Assembly (NCBI GenBank): GCA_951406725.2
Contig: OX597821.1
Coordinates: forward strand, 68,944,001-69,008,000
From: Octopus vulgaris
Taxonomy: Eukaryota
Length of the DNA stretch: 64,000 nucleotides
Direction: 5' to 3'
The notes beneath the pieces were generated by a model, which ran no database searches, was not told the origin of the DNA, and saw only the letters and a list, made by a program, of their open reading frames with translations. Both the position numbers and the translations under genes were made by a program. This document shows, piece after piece, positions 1 to 12,904 of this stretch (position 1 is its first letter; the number at the start of each line of letters is the position of its first letter).

Positions 1-518
1 TGGTGGGTGGATCTTCAAGTTGTCACACACATTCTTAGTAGCTTAGAGTAGGCTCGAATGAGAGATTATTCTTTGTGGCTAATGGTGTGAGTCCTGATTG
101 GAAGAAGAAGAAGACAACAACTGAGTGAGGTCAAGCGGACCAATGAGCAAGGGTCAACTAATCAATAAAAATAAGATTAGTAATATCACAAAGTTGGCTG
201 TCATGTACCAAGTGTGCAGTGAATCATCAACGGTTATGCTATCAAAAACAATAACAAGTAAAAGAAAAGTTAAAAGACGCAAAGATAGGAGAAAGTGGGA
301 ACAAAATCTAAAACAAAGATTGTAATTCCAAACATCAATTTATGTGTGTGTGTGTGTGGTGGGGGGCAAAGATATTGATTTGTGTTCTTTCAGGCAAGTC
401 AACAAGTCTGATTCCATTTTCAAAATCTCATCATGGTAGCATCATTGTAATAGCAAAGACAGATGCAAAAGGGAGATTTTTAGAACTTCGTAATCTTTGC
501 ATTATTTTATTTTGTTAA

Positions 519-735
519 GGCGGCGAGCTGGTAGAAATGTTAGCATGCCAGGCAAAATGCTTAGTGGTATTTCGTCTGTCTTTACATTTTGAGTTCAATT
601 TCCACCAACGTCGACATTGCCTTTCATCCTTTTGGAGTTGATAAATTAAGTACCAGTTGCGTACTAGGATCGATCTAACGGACTGGCCCCCTCCCCCAAA
701 ATTTCAGGCCTTGTGCCCAGAGTAGAAAAGATTAT
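519..735 (+). mobile_element. tRNA-derived SINE, family A (GGCGGCGAGCTGG head; GCCTTTCATCCTTT central domain, possibly the Meta domain)
   Basis: A-box-like GGCGAGCTGGTAGAA and B-box-like GAGTTCAATTTCC. Further copies at about 8480-8690(-), 13250-13370(+), 15340-15528(-), 23055-23469(-), 24240-24640(-), 29870-30055(-), 48295-48365(-). Confidence 0.85.
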
Positions 736-1101
736 TACCACTGCCTTAGCAAAGGTGGAGGTATTGTTTTCAGTCATGTTTATTTGTCCATGGACGAGAT
801 ATCTCAAGAACCGGTGGATGGATTTGGATGAAATTTTCAGAGATATTTGACCTCATGACTGGTACAAATCGATTAGGTTTTGGGATCAATCCAGTACTGG
901 ACAAGGATTCTTGACTATTTTTTCCTGTTTTTCTTTTACTTAATTTTTGAGAGCGGTCAGGTACATTTTCAGTATTCTCGTTTGTGAGAGCAGTCAAGTT
1001 TATTTCAGATATTTTCATTTTAAAAATCATTTCTGGCTAATCGTTGAGAGGACGTTGGAGTTGTCTTGGTGGAGGTTCGTGCTCTCTGAGTGCTCTTGTT
1101 T
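735..1101 (+). mobile_element. Non-autonomous Helentron-associated (HINE/DINE-1-like) element
   Basis: 5' TTATTACCACTGCC subterminal repeat, internal GATGGATTTGGATGAAATTTTCAG core, and 3' TTGGTGGAGG followed by a short GTGCTCTCTGAGTGC hairpin and a T-run. Confidence 0.65.
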
Positions 1102-1374
1102 TATTTTATTTTTTCTTGATTGTTTTTTGAAACATCATAATCAACATTCATACTAATTAGAAAAAAAAAAAAGCTTTGATATTACAACTCTAGTGCTAGT
1201 AGATTGCAATAATTGGAAAACTTGCAAATTACAATAATGGCTAACGAGTTCAACAGCAGTGTAAGGAAGTGTTTTAAGATGAAAACATAACTTCTGAAGG
1301 TGCATAGAAAATATAGTGATCAAAGCTGAGAATAAAAATTTATGTGTGTTTGCGCATGTTTGCGTGTGTGTGTA

Positions 1375-1590
1375 TGAGAGGGCGCTGAAAAGTTCTTAGC
1401 TTTGGATAAAAGAAAATATAGGAGGATCAGTTAATAATGATTTTATTCAACATATTCCCCTGTCAGATTCACACACTTATTGCAGCAGTCCTTCAGTTTT
1501 TCTAAGCCTTGTAATAGAACTTGGAAGGTTGGGCCTCCAAACAGGCCTTTCACAATACCCTTAAAACCAAGAATTTTCCGGAACCCCCTA
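1375..1590 (-). mobile_element. Mariner-derived MITE (about 215 bp)
   Basis: TA-flanked TIRs of the GAGGGGGTGCTGAAAAGTTCCTGGCTTT type. Retains a transposase C-terminus (GLEKLKDCCNKCVNLTGEYVE*). Copies at 12689-12904, 17304-17495 and 34470-34975. Confidence 0.85.
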
Positions 1591-1612
1591 TGTATATATA
1601 TATATATATATA

Positions 1613-1975
1613 GGTGCAGGTGTTGCTGTTTGGTAAGAAGCTTGCTTCCCAACCACATGGTTCCAGGTTCAGTCCAACTGAACCTGGAACCATGTGTTTT
1701 CTACTATAGCACCACACTGACCAAAACATTGTGAGTGGATGTTGTAGATGGAAACAGAAAGAAGCCTATTGTATATGTGTGTGTGTGTGCTTATGCATGT
1801 GTTTGTCTTCCACCACCACCTGACAACCGATGTTGGTTTGTTTACATTCCTGTAACTCAGTAGCTCAGCAAGAGAAACTGACACAATAAGTACCAGGCTT
1901 TGTTTGACTAAATACTTCAAAGAGGTGTCCCAACATGGCCACAGTCAAATGAATGAAACAAGCAGAAGGTAAAAG
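1613..1975 (+). mobile_element. tRNA-derived CORE-type SINE, family B
   Basis: Head GGTGCAGG..TGGTAAGAAGCTTGCTTCCCAACCACATGGTTCCAGGTTCAGTCC, internal (TG)n and tail ..CATGGCCACAGTCAAATG..GAAACAAG. The CORE-like CCTTGGGCAAGTGTCTTC is clear in sister copies: 14930-15085(-), 27600-27960(+), 27960-28215(-), 30912-31215, 45240-45690(-), 47780-48175, 59168-59740, 60175-60600. Confidence 0.85.
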
Positions 1976-2187
1976 ATATATATATATATTTATATGTAGG
2001 TGGATAGACAATGGAAAGTGGCACTCAATTATATGCCTGATGAGTTAGATTCATTCCACGAGCCTATAAATTGCATGAAGCACACACAGAACATACATTT
2101 ATATATGTATGTATGTATGTATGTATATATATATATCGTCTAACCCATGCTAGCATGGAAAACGGACGTTAAACGATAATGATGAGG

Positions 2188-2226
<39 letters not shown>

Positions 2227-2658
2227 CGTATCCAACCCATGCTAGCATGGAAAGCGGACGTTAAAGGATGATGATGATATATAAATATATATATGTGCTA
2301 GGAAGGGCATCCAGCCGTAGAAACACTGCCAGATCAGACTGGGCCTGATGCAGCCTTCTGGCTTCACAGACCCCAGTTGAACTGTCCAACCCATGCTAGC
2401 ATGTAAAACTGACGCTAAATGATGATGATGATGAAATATATATACACATATGTATATACATATATAAACATATATATTTATGTATATACACACACACACG
2501 TGTGTGTGTATGTATGTATGTATGTATAACTCCCACATATACCAAATGTCAATTTCTAAAAAGAATTAGTGAAGTAAAATTATGTAGCAACACCAAATGG
2601 TGGTGCAACAGCTCATGAGCTGAAACTAGATCAAATAAAAAATAAAAATATGTATATG

Positions 2659-2725
<67 letters not shown>

Positions 2726-2905
2726 ATATCATCATCATCATCATCGTCGTTTAACGTCCGTTCTCCATGCTAGCATGGGTATATATGTATATGTGTGTGT
2801 GTACATATATATATGTGTGTGTGTGTGTGTGTATGTATATATCATCAGTAAATCATAAATCAAAAAAAGAAGCACACTCTAAGTTATAGAGCAGTAGAGT
2901 ATATA

Positions 2906-3147
2906 TAGATAAAGATAGATATGGCCAGTCTATGGGGTTAACTAGTGTTTCACGTCCAAAAAATGCTTAGCTTTAAAGCATTTCTTCAGACCCTAAACCC
3001 TATGGCCTCACTAGATAATTTTGTAGGGAGACCACTTACTATAGAGGCCATAGGGTTTAGGGTCTGAAGAAACACTGTAAAGCTAAGTGCTTTATGGATG
3101 TGAAACCCAGGGTAACCCCATAGACCAGCCATATCCATCTTTATCTA
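2906..3147. repeat. Fold-back element with a hammerhead-like motif in each arm
   Basis: Arms 2906-3009 and 3044-3147 are reverse complements. Plus arm: CTGAAGA 3064-3070, GAAA 3102-3105, GTA 3112-3114. Confidence 0.75.
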
Positions 3148-3707
3148 CACAAACACACACACACATCATCATTCTTATGTTCATATTTTCCATGTTAGCA
3201 TGGTTTAAATGAGACTTAGCGGGGGGGGGGGGCAGTATACTACAGCTGGATGATCTTCTGGTTACAAAACCTTATTAAAAAAAAAGAAAAAAGTAAGAGT
3301 TGGTAAGAGGAAGATTATTTATATTTTTATTCCACTTGTTTTCACAGAAAATAAAAAGCAATGAAAGCATGAAGCCGTTGAATGTACTATCATGAAGCCA
3401 ACATGAACAAACACACAACTGCTGATTATGTCAATGTACGTTAATGTGGAACAACCTCCCCCCCCCACACACACACACACACATATACCAAATGCAGGAA
3501 TATAATTGTTATTTTCAGTTTTATACAACATATGTACTTTCTCTGCAAGCTAAATGTCACTAATATGTAAGCTGATTGGCCTGTTATGCAATCTTATTGT
3601 GCATTTTTTTTTTTTTTTGCAGATAACCAAAAGGAGTGAGCCTGTCAGCAAGAGGCTATAATAGAAGAGACCTGACCAAAGTACTATGCTGTGGGAAAAA
3701 TACATAT

Positions 3708-3841
3708 ATTTATTATTCTTAAACAAGAATATTATTGACAATGACTTTGAAGGTTCAGCTAGTTAGGCTACTGTCAGACAATGGCCTGAATGGCTGAAAC
3801 TTCAAGGCCACTCTCAATATTCTTGTTTAAGAATAATAAAT
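3708..3841. repeat. Fold-back palindrome with degenerate hammerhead-like arms
   Basis: ATTTATTATTCTTAAACAAGAATATT / AATATTCTTGTTTAAGAATAATAAAT terminal arms, symmetry centre near 3775. Confidence 0.75.
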
Positions 3842-5887
3842 TTGTGCTTCACAAAAGTAAAGAGTAACCCATCAGATTAATGTTAAATTCTTCTGTTATA
3901 ACTGAATATAAAAGCAAACATTAATATATATGCATATATACACACTATGGGTATTCTGAATTTTAGAATAAGAACATTAAATCCCTGGAAGTTGTAAGAA
4001 GTGACTAAAAGGTTTGCATTAGGAAAGGCATCCAGCCATAAAATACTTCATTAAAATGCCTCATCTAACCCATGCCAGCCTGGAAATGTGTATGTAAAAA
4101 TTATATGTATGGGCCTTGTTCAGAAAGTCATTGGATCACCAGACATGGTGTTTTTTGACTCGACATAGTCTCTTTAGTAATGAATACCCTGGACATTTCT
4201 GAGCTAAGCCAACAGATGCTATTCCAACATAGAAGTTGGCAAACATACCATTTACTTATTTGTGTGAATGATAGCCAGGCTAGAATTAAATAAATATATG
4301 CACTTGAAACAGACTAAAATACCTTTATGTAGTCACTTATGCTAGAAATAGCAAATCACATATCCTAATAATTTTTTAAAAACCCACAAAACAGAAAATA
4401 CATTGGAGAATGTAGTCTTGTGTATGCATAGATATTGCCAAAGTTAAATAGACACCATCACTTTTCAATGATTTATTTCTAGAAACAAAATAATGTCATC
4501 TGATGCATTAAAATAGTTAATCTAGTATTTAGTTGGCCTGCCTCAAGCAGATTCCAATGACTTAACCTGTTTGGTCAATGTACTAATAAGTAGTGTCTGC
4601 ACAGATAAAATGATATAATGAGAGGTGTCTACTTTTGAGATGTCTGTGTATATGGGCAGCAGGAATGACTTTGATCATAGGGCCTGCTTAATGAGGACTG
4701 AGCAATGAGGGGCTTAACATTAGTAACACCAATACTTTGTACCTCCACAGTTTAAGTCTGAACTTGTTACAAAGCTATTAGTTTGATATTCCCATCATAA
4801 ACTACAGCAGTATACAAACCACCAAGTTACAGCAGGATGTAGTCTCTAGTCTTTCAATAGTCATTAATTTTTCACACAATCTCTCATTCAACCAATAAAT
4901 ATACATTTCTGAATGTTTGCTTAGTGATTTAATTGCTAATGCTTCAGCAAATTATAAGTTTGCATTTTGCTGAAGAAGTTCTGAGAATGAAACATGTTTA
5001 TGAATCTCAACCCACTTTAGATATTTCAGTGTTGCTTTAGCTAGTTAATGCATTAGATACACTTTCACCTACTTATCTATTAATTACCATGCAGGTGGCA
5101 TTGCAGAATAATTTAATTTTTCATTAAGTAATTGAATGAGCTGAGTGGGAATTGAATCCACATCGTACACACATATACACTATACTCTCCGCTAAGCTGC
5201 AGGTGAATTTTAAGAGCTAGTGCTTAACTAAAGAATCGTGATATTGGATGAGAGATAATCCTCCCACAGGTAAAACACTAGTCTTTATAACTAACATTCT
5301 CAGACAATGTGGCAACTATTTCTAAGAAATAGGTGAACTGAGGCAACGCAAAATAAAATTTTCTGCTCTGATACACAAAGAAATGCCTGCAGTACATTTG
5401 AACAACTGAACTGATATGAAACAATCCAATCCCTTACCTACTAATCCATATCACTTTTACAACTTAATACTGTTCATATCAGCTTTGACATACCCACAAA
5501 ACATTCCAGCCCAAATACTGTCAAATTTTTAACAAATACAAAGCTATGTATTAGAGCAAGGTGGGTTACTATTGGCCCAAGTTGTTCAAGTGCTAACTGT
5601 GTTCCTGACATTAGCTTTCATTAGTTGTGTTCACTTGACTGTGCAACAGTAAAATACAGTTCACTTATTTATGTAGAAGGCCTTTGTGTAAGCATAGAAG
5701 CATAGGTATGTGTATACATGCACACACATGTACCACTGTTTACTGTCCATTTCTTTGCTTGAATGGATCAAATAGAATTTGCAGAGGAGGATTATTTATA
5801 GCAAGATGCCCTTCCTGAATATATAGCAGCCACTGACTGGTTATGTTAATTCACCTCCAACAATAGAGAGCAGTTGCCATATTCCCT

Positions 5888-5995
5888 TCCATATCGGCTA
5901 ACTCTGATGAGAATAAGGTTATATAATCAGATTGTTATCTAACACTCCATTATATTCCTTGAGTGAAACCAAATGATAAGATCAGCTGTGATGGA
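5888..5995 (+). ncRNA. Degenerate type I hammerhead-like motif
   Basis: CTGATGA 5904-5910, long imperfect stem II (AAGG-TTATATAAT / ATTATAT-TCCTT), GAAA 5965-5968, and flanks partly complementary (CCAT..GCT..CT / AG..AGC..ATGG). Confidence 0.4.
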
Positions 5996-5999
5996 TATA

Positions 6000-7282
6000 T
6001 CAGGTTATTAAGAATGAAATGTGCAATTTTGAACTGAAAGTTTATTTTTACTTTATCTCAACAAAAAGCAATGCAGTTAATCAAAGTATGCACCTAAATT
6101 ATCAACACAATTTTGCCATTTTATCAGTAGCTTATTTATGCTCACAGCAAAGAATTCTGGAGAGCAAGAAGTGATTAAATTATGAAAGGCTGTTTTTGTA
6201 TCTTCTTCAGATTTGAAGTTTTTCCCTTGCAAAAAGTTGTCTAATGGTTGGGGTACATGATAGTCAGTTGGTGCAAGGCCTGGTGAATATGGTGGATGAG
6301 AGAGAACTTCCAAGTTCAGTTCCTATAACTTGAGTAGCATTCTTTGTGCAACATGTGGTCAAGCATTCTCTTGCAAGAGAATTTGCCTGTCTCTATAGAC
6401 CTATCTCAGTTGTTTAATTGCAAGTTCATGCATCATTTCATCCAGTTGGTTGATGTATACATCCACTGTAATTGACTTACGAGGTTTCATGAAGCTGTAG
6501 TGGATGACACCAGCACTGCACAACCAAACAGACACCATTAGCTTTTGTTTGGTGAATATTCTTTTTTGGATTGTGTTGGCACTTCGTCTCTATCCAACCA
6601 CCATGCATAACACTTGCTATTGTTGAAAAGAATCCATTTTTCATCACACATAACAACACAGTGCAAAAATAGTTTGCTTTTATGCTGTGACAGTAAAGAA
6701 CAGCAAGTTTCAAAATGACATGTCATTTGATACTCATTCAGTTCGTGTGATACCCACTTGTCCAGCTTCTTTACCATGACGATTTGTTTCAGATAGTCCT
6801 ATACAGTTGGAATCGAAACATCAAACCTTGCTCCTAACTCATGCATAATTTCAGATGTATGTTTCCACTATAGTTTCCAGCTCATCATTATCAAGCTAGG
6901 TCTCAGGTCTACCATGTGGATGATTTTCAAGAATAAAGTCACCAGACCAGTACTTCTCAAACCATTGATATACAGTATGTTCATCTGCCACATCTTCACT
7001 AAATACCTCATTGAAGTTTCAAGCTGTCTGAGATGCATTGGTCCCATGAAGGAACTCATATTCATAAACAACACAAATTTTTGATCTATCCATGGGTTCA
7101 CAAAAATTGATTTGAAAGAGAAAACTCACAATATAATCAGACACCATGAGTTGCATTTCAAAAAGTGATGATGTAACTCTTCAATGTCATAAAACAAAGA
7201 ATTGTCAGGATAAAACATTAGAGTTAACGACTGTCAAACATGGTGCATAAGAAAATCGGACATTTCATTCTTAACGACCTGA
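6000..7282 (-). mobile_element. Full-length but decayed mariner transposon (cecropia/Hsmar1-like)
   Basis: 31-bp imperfect TIRs (TCAGGTTATTAAGAATGAAATGTGCAATTTT at 6000-6030; complement at 7252-7282), TA at the left end, length 1283 bp. Confidence 0.9.
6077..7093 (-). pseudogene. Mariner DD34D-type transposase pseudogene
   Basis: MDRSKICVVYEYEF..., KKLDKWVSHEL, MCDEKWILF, HPPYSPGLAPTDYH, WQNCVDNLGAYFD*. Multiple stops and frameshifts. Confidence 0.92.
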
Positions 7283-7449
7283 GATAATACTATATATTTT
7301 GGATAACCATAATGATATCTGTGGGGCAGCTGATGATGGAGGTATGTTGGATTGTTGGTATAGCTGTTTTTGTATATGTGAAATAGCATTATTGGATTTT
7401 GGTATGGCTGTGGAATAGTATTATAACACATCCTTTTGATATATCAACA

Positions 7450-7830
7450 TCATCATCGTTTAACATCCGTTTTCCGTGCTAGCATGGACTGGACGGTTCG
7501 ACCAGGGTCTGGGAAGCCAGGAGGCTGCACTAGGCTCCAGTCTGATCTGGCAGTGTTTCTACAGCTGGATGCCCTTCCTAATGCCAACCACTCCGTGAGT
7601 GTAGTGAGTGCTTTTTACATGCCACTGGCACAGGTGCCAGGGGAGGTTGGCATCGACCATGATCGGATGGTGCTTTTTATATGCCACCGGCACAGGTATC
7701 ACAACTACAATTTCCGTTTGATTTTTATTTTGATGTTGATGTACTTGACTCAATAGGTCTCTTCAAGCACAGCAGGTCGCCCTATGATCCAAGGTAAGCA
7801 CAGCAGGCCATCCTGCAACCCAGGTACTTT
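7450..7830 (-). mobile_element. RTE-derived 3'-UTR repeat with (GAT)n tail, family C
   Basis: GAGTGGTTGGCATTAGGAAGGGCATCCAGC...CATGCTAGCACGGAAAACGGATGTTAAACGATGATG on minus. Many copies: 2295-2432, 7893-8045, 8717-8867, 41150-41380, 48430-48880, 59352-59527, 62095-62470. Confidence 0.8.
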
Positions 7831-8044
7831 GGATGGGCTGGGGCTGCTATGTGAAGCTGGTGCAGGAAACACACACACACACACACACATATCATCATCA
7901 TCATCATTTAACGTCCGCTTTCCATGCTAGCATGGGTTGGATGATTTTGATTGAGGGCTGGCAAACCAGACAGCCGCACCAGGCTCCAATCTTAATTTGG
8001 CAGAGTTTCTACAGCTGGATGCCCTTCCTAACGCCAACCACTCC

Positions 8045-8090
<46 letters not shown>

Positions 8091-10761
8091 TTTTTGTCTT
8101 TTACTGGTTTCAGTCATTGAACTGCAGTCATTCAAAGGCACTGCCTTAAAGGCTTTTACACAATCACATAGACTCCAGTATTTATTTCAGCTCAGTAAAT
8201 ATTTCATAGTCTCTATTTGACAAGCAACTATATTACAGCACATAAAAAAGAAAACAACATAGGTAATAGTATTGATTTTTAGACTGTTGCAAACACGGAC
8301 ACATTATGCAGATATACAATAGGCTCCTTTACAATTTCCATCTACCAAATTCAGCTCAAAATGTATTAATCAACATAAGGCTATGGCAGGAGACACTCAT
8401 CCAAGGTGCCAGCTAATGGGATTGAACTTCAATACAGTATGACTACACCTATATCATAAATATATATATATATTGTTTGCTCCTCTAGGCACAAGGCCCC
8501 AAATTTTTTTTTTGGGGGGGGCAGCCAGTCTATTAGATCAACCCCAGTACGCAACTGGTACTTAATTTATCGACCTCGAAAGGATGAAAGGCAAAATTGA
8601 CCTCGGTGGAATTTGAACTCAGAACATAATGACATGAAATACTACTAAGCATTTCACATGGCGCACCAACATTTCTGCCAGCTCACCACCTTTAAATATA
8701 TGTATATATATATTGCTGGGTGGTTGGTGTTAGGAAGGGCATCCAGCCATAAGAACCTTGCCATAACAGACACAGAAGTCTGGTGCAGACTTCTGCCTGG
8801 CCTGCTCCTGTCAAACCATCCAACCCATGCCAGCATAGAAGGTGGACGTTAAACGGTGATGATGATGAGATATCTATCTATCTATATCTGTCTATCTATA
8901 TATACATATATAAAACAGCTAAAGAGCAAGAAGTGTTGCCTCTGGAAATCTGACAGGGGGCAACACGGGGCAGATATGTTTTCACACCTTTTGCCACAAG
9001 AGAGAATTTTTTTCTCTCCATGATAAGTGCAGTGAAGTTGAAATATGTCACAAACATATTTTAACTAACCTAAAGTTTGCTTATGTTTAAATACTGTGTG
9101 GTACTGATACTGTGAACTTATATAGCTCGTAGTATGAGCTCCTGGATCTTAAGAACCTTCAGGTTCTAATGTTCTTAGCTTAGCTTTTCCTTAGGGCTGG
9201 CCAGATTGGAGCAATCTAAAGTATAATCAGCCAAAATTGCAAAGATAATCATGTACTTGGTTGAGGAAAGAAAACTTTGAATGACCCGTCCTTGTTTCCT
9301 TTGTATCGTCTATCACAATGTTTTGTTGTCCCATTTTTGTATCACCTAACTGTCTGGATGTTTTGTGTTCTTGTCCCATTTTGTATTTTATATATATATA
9401 TATATAAAATTTATATAGATTTGTCATCAGCATAAAACATCTGTCTTCTACACTGGCACAAGTGGACAGTTCAAGAGGACCTGAAAAACCTGAGGGCTAC
9501 AATGAACTCCATTATCTACTTGAGCATAGTTTCTATAACTGCATACCTTTCCTAGTATCAACCACTTTACAGAGTATACTGAGTGTTTTTTTTTTGTTTT
9601 TATTTTTAAAATGACATAGTGAGGTCAGCAAATAACTCACAAAACAAGACCCTTCAACTAGGTAGGGGTGTGGTATTGAGGGAGAATGCTTTGTGCCAGG
9701 TGTTGAAAGGTTAAAGTAGGATAGAGGGACAAGAACATACTCTTGTTGTAGAAGAGATACATGGCTACATCAGCAGGAAAGAGAGAAAATATGGTGGTGA
9801 TGAGGTGAGAGGCACACCTCAGAATACATGAAGGTGAATATAAGAGAGAATAGGGACAGAGAATAGAAGGGTCAGTGGGTAAATTTGCATGAGTGTGACA
9901 GGAGAATAATACATGGTCAGAGATGGGAATAGAGGTAAATGTAGGAACTGGTGAACAGGGGTGAAGATGGAGTTGATAGTGGATGTTAGTTTGGGGGAGA
10001 AGGTGAAGGAAAATGGGAGTCGGTCAAGGAAAATGAGATCATGAGGAGCAATACATAAAAAGGTGTGGAGAGCAGCAGCATAATAACACCACAGATAGAC
10101 TAGAGATGATGTGTAATGTGGGTAGTGAGAGAGGGAGGTACAGTGACAGAGACAGACGTCAGAGATATGTAGGGATGGATATAGTGAGTGACAAAAAAAA
10201 AAGGTGGGATGGGCATTGATGGCAGATATGAGAGGGTGTTCAAGGGAAAATAAAGAAGATAAGAGATGGTATTGAGAATCTTTGATGGGTCACAAAAGAA
10301 AGTGAGTCCAAGGAGTGGGAAAATGTTAGTACAAAAGGGAGGGGTCAAATAATTGCAGTTCTGTTCTCTTATAATTACAGCAGTAGAGGAATAGTACCAT
10401 AATTAGAAGAGTAATAGAAGGATGGGTGTAAGGAAGATGAGTAGTGGGGAAGACTTAGTAGGGGCAAATTGGGTGCAGAGGGCAGACATAAATAATATGC
10501 TTTTAGGACCTCATGTTTTGGCAAGATGGATAGGTGTTCTCGAGCACAGCAAACTTGCCAATTCTCTTAGTCCTTTGTCATCTCCTTCATGAATCTTAAC
10601 ATTCTGAGGTCAGTCTTCACTACTTTCTCTTGTTCTTTCTGGATCTCCCTCCTCCACAGGTTCTATTTTACCATCTCTCTCTTTCCAGCTGGGGTAGCTA
10701 TGTATTTCCTTCACCAAGACACCTGTTCCTGTCCCTCTATCACACTTCCACCTCCTTCAAA

Positions 10762-11002
10762 TAATAAATAAATAAATGCGCCCTTTTAAAGCCTAGCCAG
10801 GCTCATGGGCCTGGTTTCCCGGTTTCAATGGCGTATGTGTTCCCCAGCAGCGTTACTCCTTCTTGCCAGCTGAGTGGACTGGAGCAACGTGAAATGAAGT
10901 GTTTTGCTTAAGAACACAATGCATCGCATGGTCCAGGAATCAAAACCACAATCTTACAATCATGATACTGACATCCTAACCACTAAGCCACGTGCCTCCA
11001 CT
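10762..11002 (-). mobile_element. tRNA-derived CORE-like SINE, family D, with TSD
   Basis: Head GTGGAGGCACGTGGCTTAGTGGTTAGG. 12-bp TSD ACCTCCTTCAAA at 10750-10761 and 11003-11014. Relatives at 39370-39660(+) and 63512-63845(-). Confidence 0.85.
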
Positions 11003-11739
11003 ACCTCCTTCAAAACCACACCTATTTAGCTGAAGATGGGGAGGGGTTAGAGTTAGGAGTACTTGGTGATCTCACTAGTGCCAGTGCCATGAAAAAAGCA
11101 CTGGTACACTCTGTAAAAGTGGTTGGCATTAGGAAGGATCTCTAGGTTGGCATTAGGAAGGCATGTCTAGAATCTATGCCAAAAATGACAGTAGAGCTTG
11201 GTGCACTTCTCTGGCTTGTAAATTAGTAAGTAGCAGAATAAAGAACCAATGAAAATCATTTACACCTATCTGATCTTTCTGTACATCTAGGACTATACTG
11301 TCCAAAATGTATCCTATAAAAGTCAAATCAGCTATGAAATTATATATAAAAAAAAAAAAATTGTAACAGAAAAGTTACAAACAATTTTTAAATTGCAGAA
11401 ACTCAAAATCTCGAGGTAGAGTCTACTGTTAGTATTTAATATGTCTTCTTTTCAATCCCGTTGCAACTACTAAATACCATAATTCAATAAATTGACAATT
11501 AAGTTGATCACTTATGCATCAGTGAAACTGGAAACCCATGTTATGTTTTATTCTGTGAGTATTAAAGGCAGGAGGTTTTCGAGTTTGTGCTACCTCATGA
11601 GAAATTTGTCCAGAACATCACAAGCACATCTGCTCCCAATAACAGTGCAAAGAAAGACACAGATGTGTTACTGAGAACAAGTATTAATGCAATAGTGAGG
11701 AATCACCTTGAGTGGAATTGATAGCTATTAAGCTTAGTT

Positions 11740-12530
11740 TCAATGAGATTAGTAAGGTAATCAAGGAGATGAAGTTAGGGAAAGCTGCAAGTCTATCAGG
11801 GTTAGTTGCTGAGATGTTTGAAGTATCTGATTATATAGATATTAACTCTGAAAATTTTCCCAAGAGTGTTTTCTGCATGAAGAACATATAGATAAGTACA
11901 GGTTACCATACTTGATGTGCTAACCAAAAATAATGTAAGCAAAATTAGCATTAATGAAAATTGCCCTCAAAATGAATAAGGAAGAGCCATTTAACTAGCT
12001 AGTACAAATTGTTATCTCTAATGACTTACAGAAGTTTTACCAAGAGTAAAAGGCGTCCCTGAAGAAAGGTATTTATAGGGCTTTATAATGAAAAGTTATA
12101 ATGCTGTTTTTGTTGTTTAGCCCCAGGTCAGTTCTATCTCAATAGATCTATGATCAAAGGTGTAGTAACTTTGAGCATCCTGACTTTTATTTTTAGATGT
12201 GTCCAGGTCAACATTATCCAATATGCCTTTCCCTTTTTAAGACAGCAAGGTGTGATTTGGTTATTTCTTGTAGGTAGAATGACCAATTAGGGGTTTTCTT
12301 GTCGGCTTACAATGAATCAAGTTTTGAAAGGAGACAAGAAAGTTTAGCATAGTTAGTACAAAACAGGGTTCAGTTGGACAGGATACAGTTTCGGCTTGCA
12401 CAAAGTCTTAAACCACTGATTTAATAATTCTTATGGGACAAGAGCAAGAAAAATTCTTAAGTAAAAAAAAATATTCTACTCAGCATTTGTGAATCTGGAG
12501 AAGATCTTTAATGGGATCTCACTGCCCTTT
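11740..12530 (+). pseudogene. Highly decayed RTE-clade reverse transcriptase fragments
   Basis: GKAASLSGLVAEMFE and QEQEKFL..FYSAFVNLEKIF resemble RTE RT motifs. Interrupted by other repeats. Confidence 0.6.
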
Positions 12531-12688
12531 GTCGAGCAGGTACCAAGAAATCTAGGTGCAGATGAATGATTTGTAACATCCAAACAACAAATGAATGAAG
12601 ATATTGCGAGCAAGTTTAGGATTAGCAGTGAATTCATTGAAGAATTTAGTGGATGAGTAAGTGTTCAAAAGGAGATAGACAGAAACTA

Positions 12689-12904
12689 TGATGGGGTACC
12701 AAAAAGTTCCTGGCTTTAAGGGTATCGCAAAAGGCTTGGTTGGAAGCCCAACCTTCCAAGTTCTTTTACAGGGCTTAGAAAAACTACAGGACCACTGTAA
12801 TATGTGTGTGAATCTGAGAGAGGAATACATTGGATAAAATCATAATTAACTGATCCTCCTGTATTTCTTTTACTTAAAGCCAGGAACTTTTCAGCACCCC
12901 CTCA
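12689..12904 (+). mobile_element. Mariner-derived MITE
   Basis: TA at both ends (12687-88, 12905-06); TIRs ..AAAAGTTCCTGGCTTT / AAAGCCAGGAACTTTT.. Confidence 0.9.

Noticed and set aside
2037-2080. CTGATGA as a hammerhead core
   Set aside because: No stem II/GAAA follows. The same holds for CTGATGA at about 19722-19728(-) and for cores inside mariner or RTE coding remnants.
2990-3063. Telomere-like CCCTAAA/TTTAGGG words
   Set aside because: Only 1-2 units, and they are helix I of the fold-back element.
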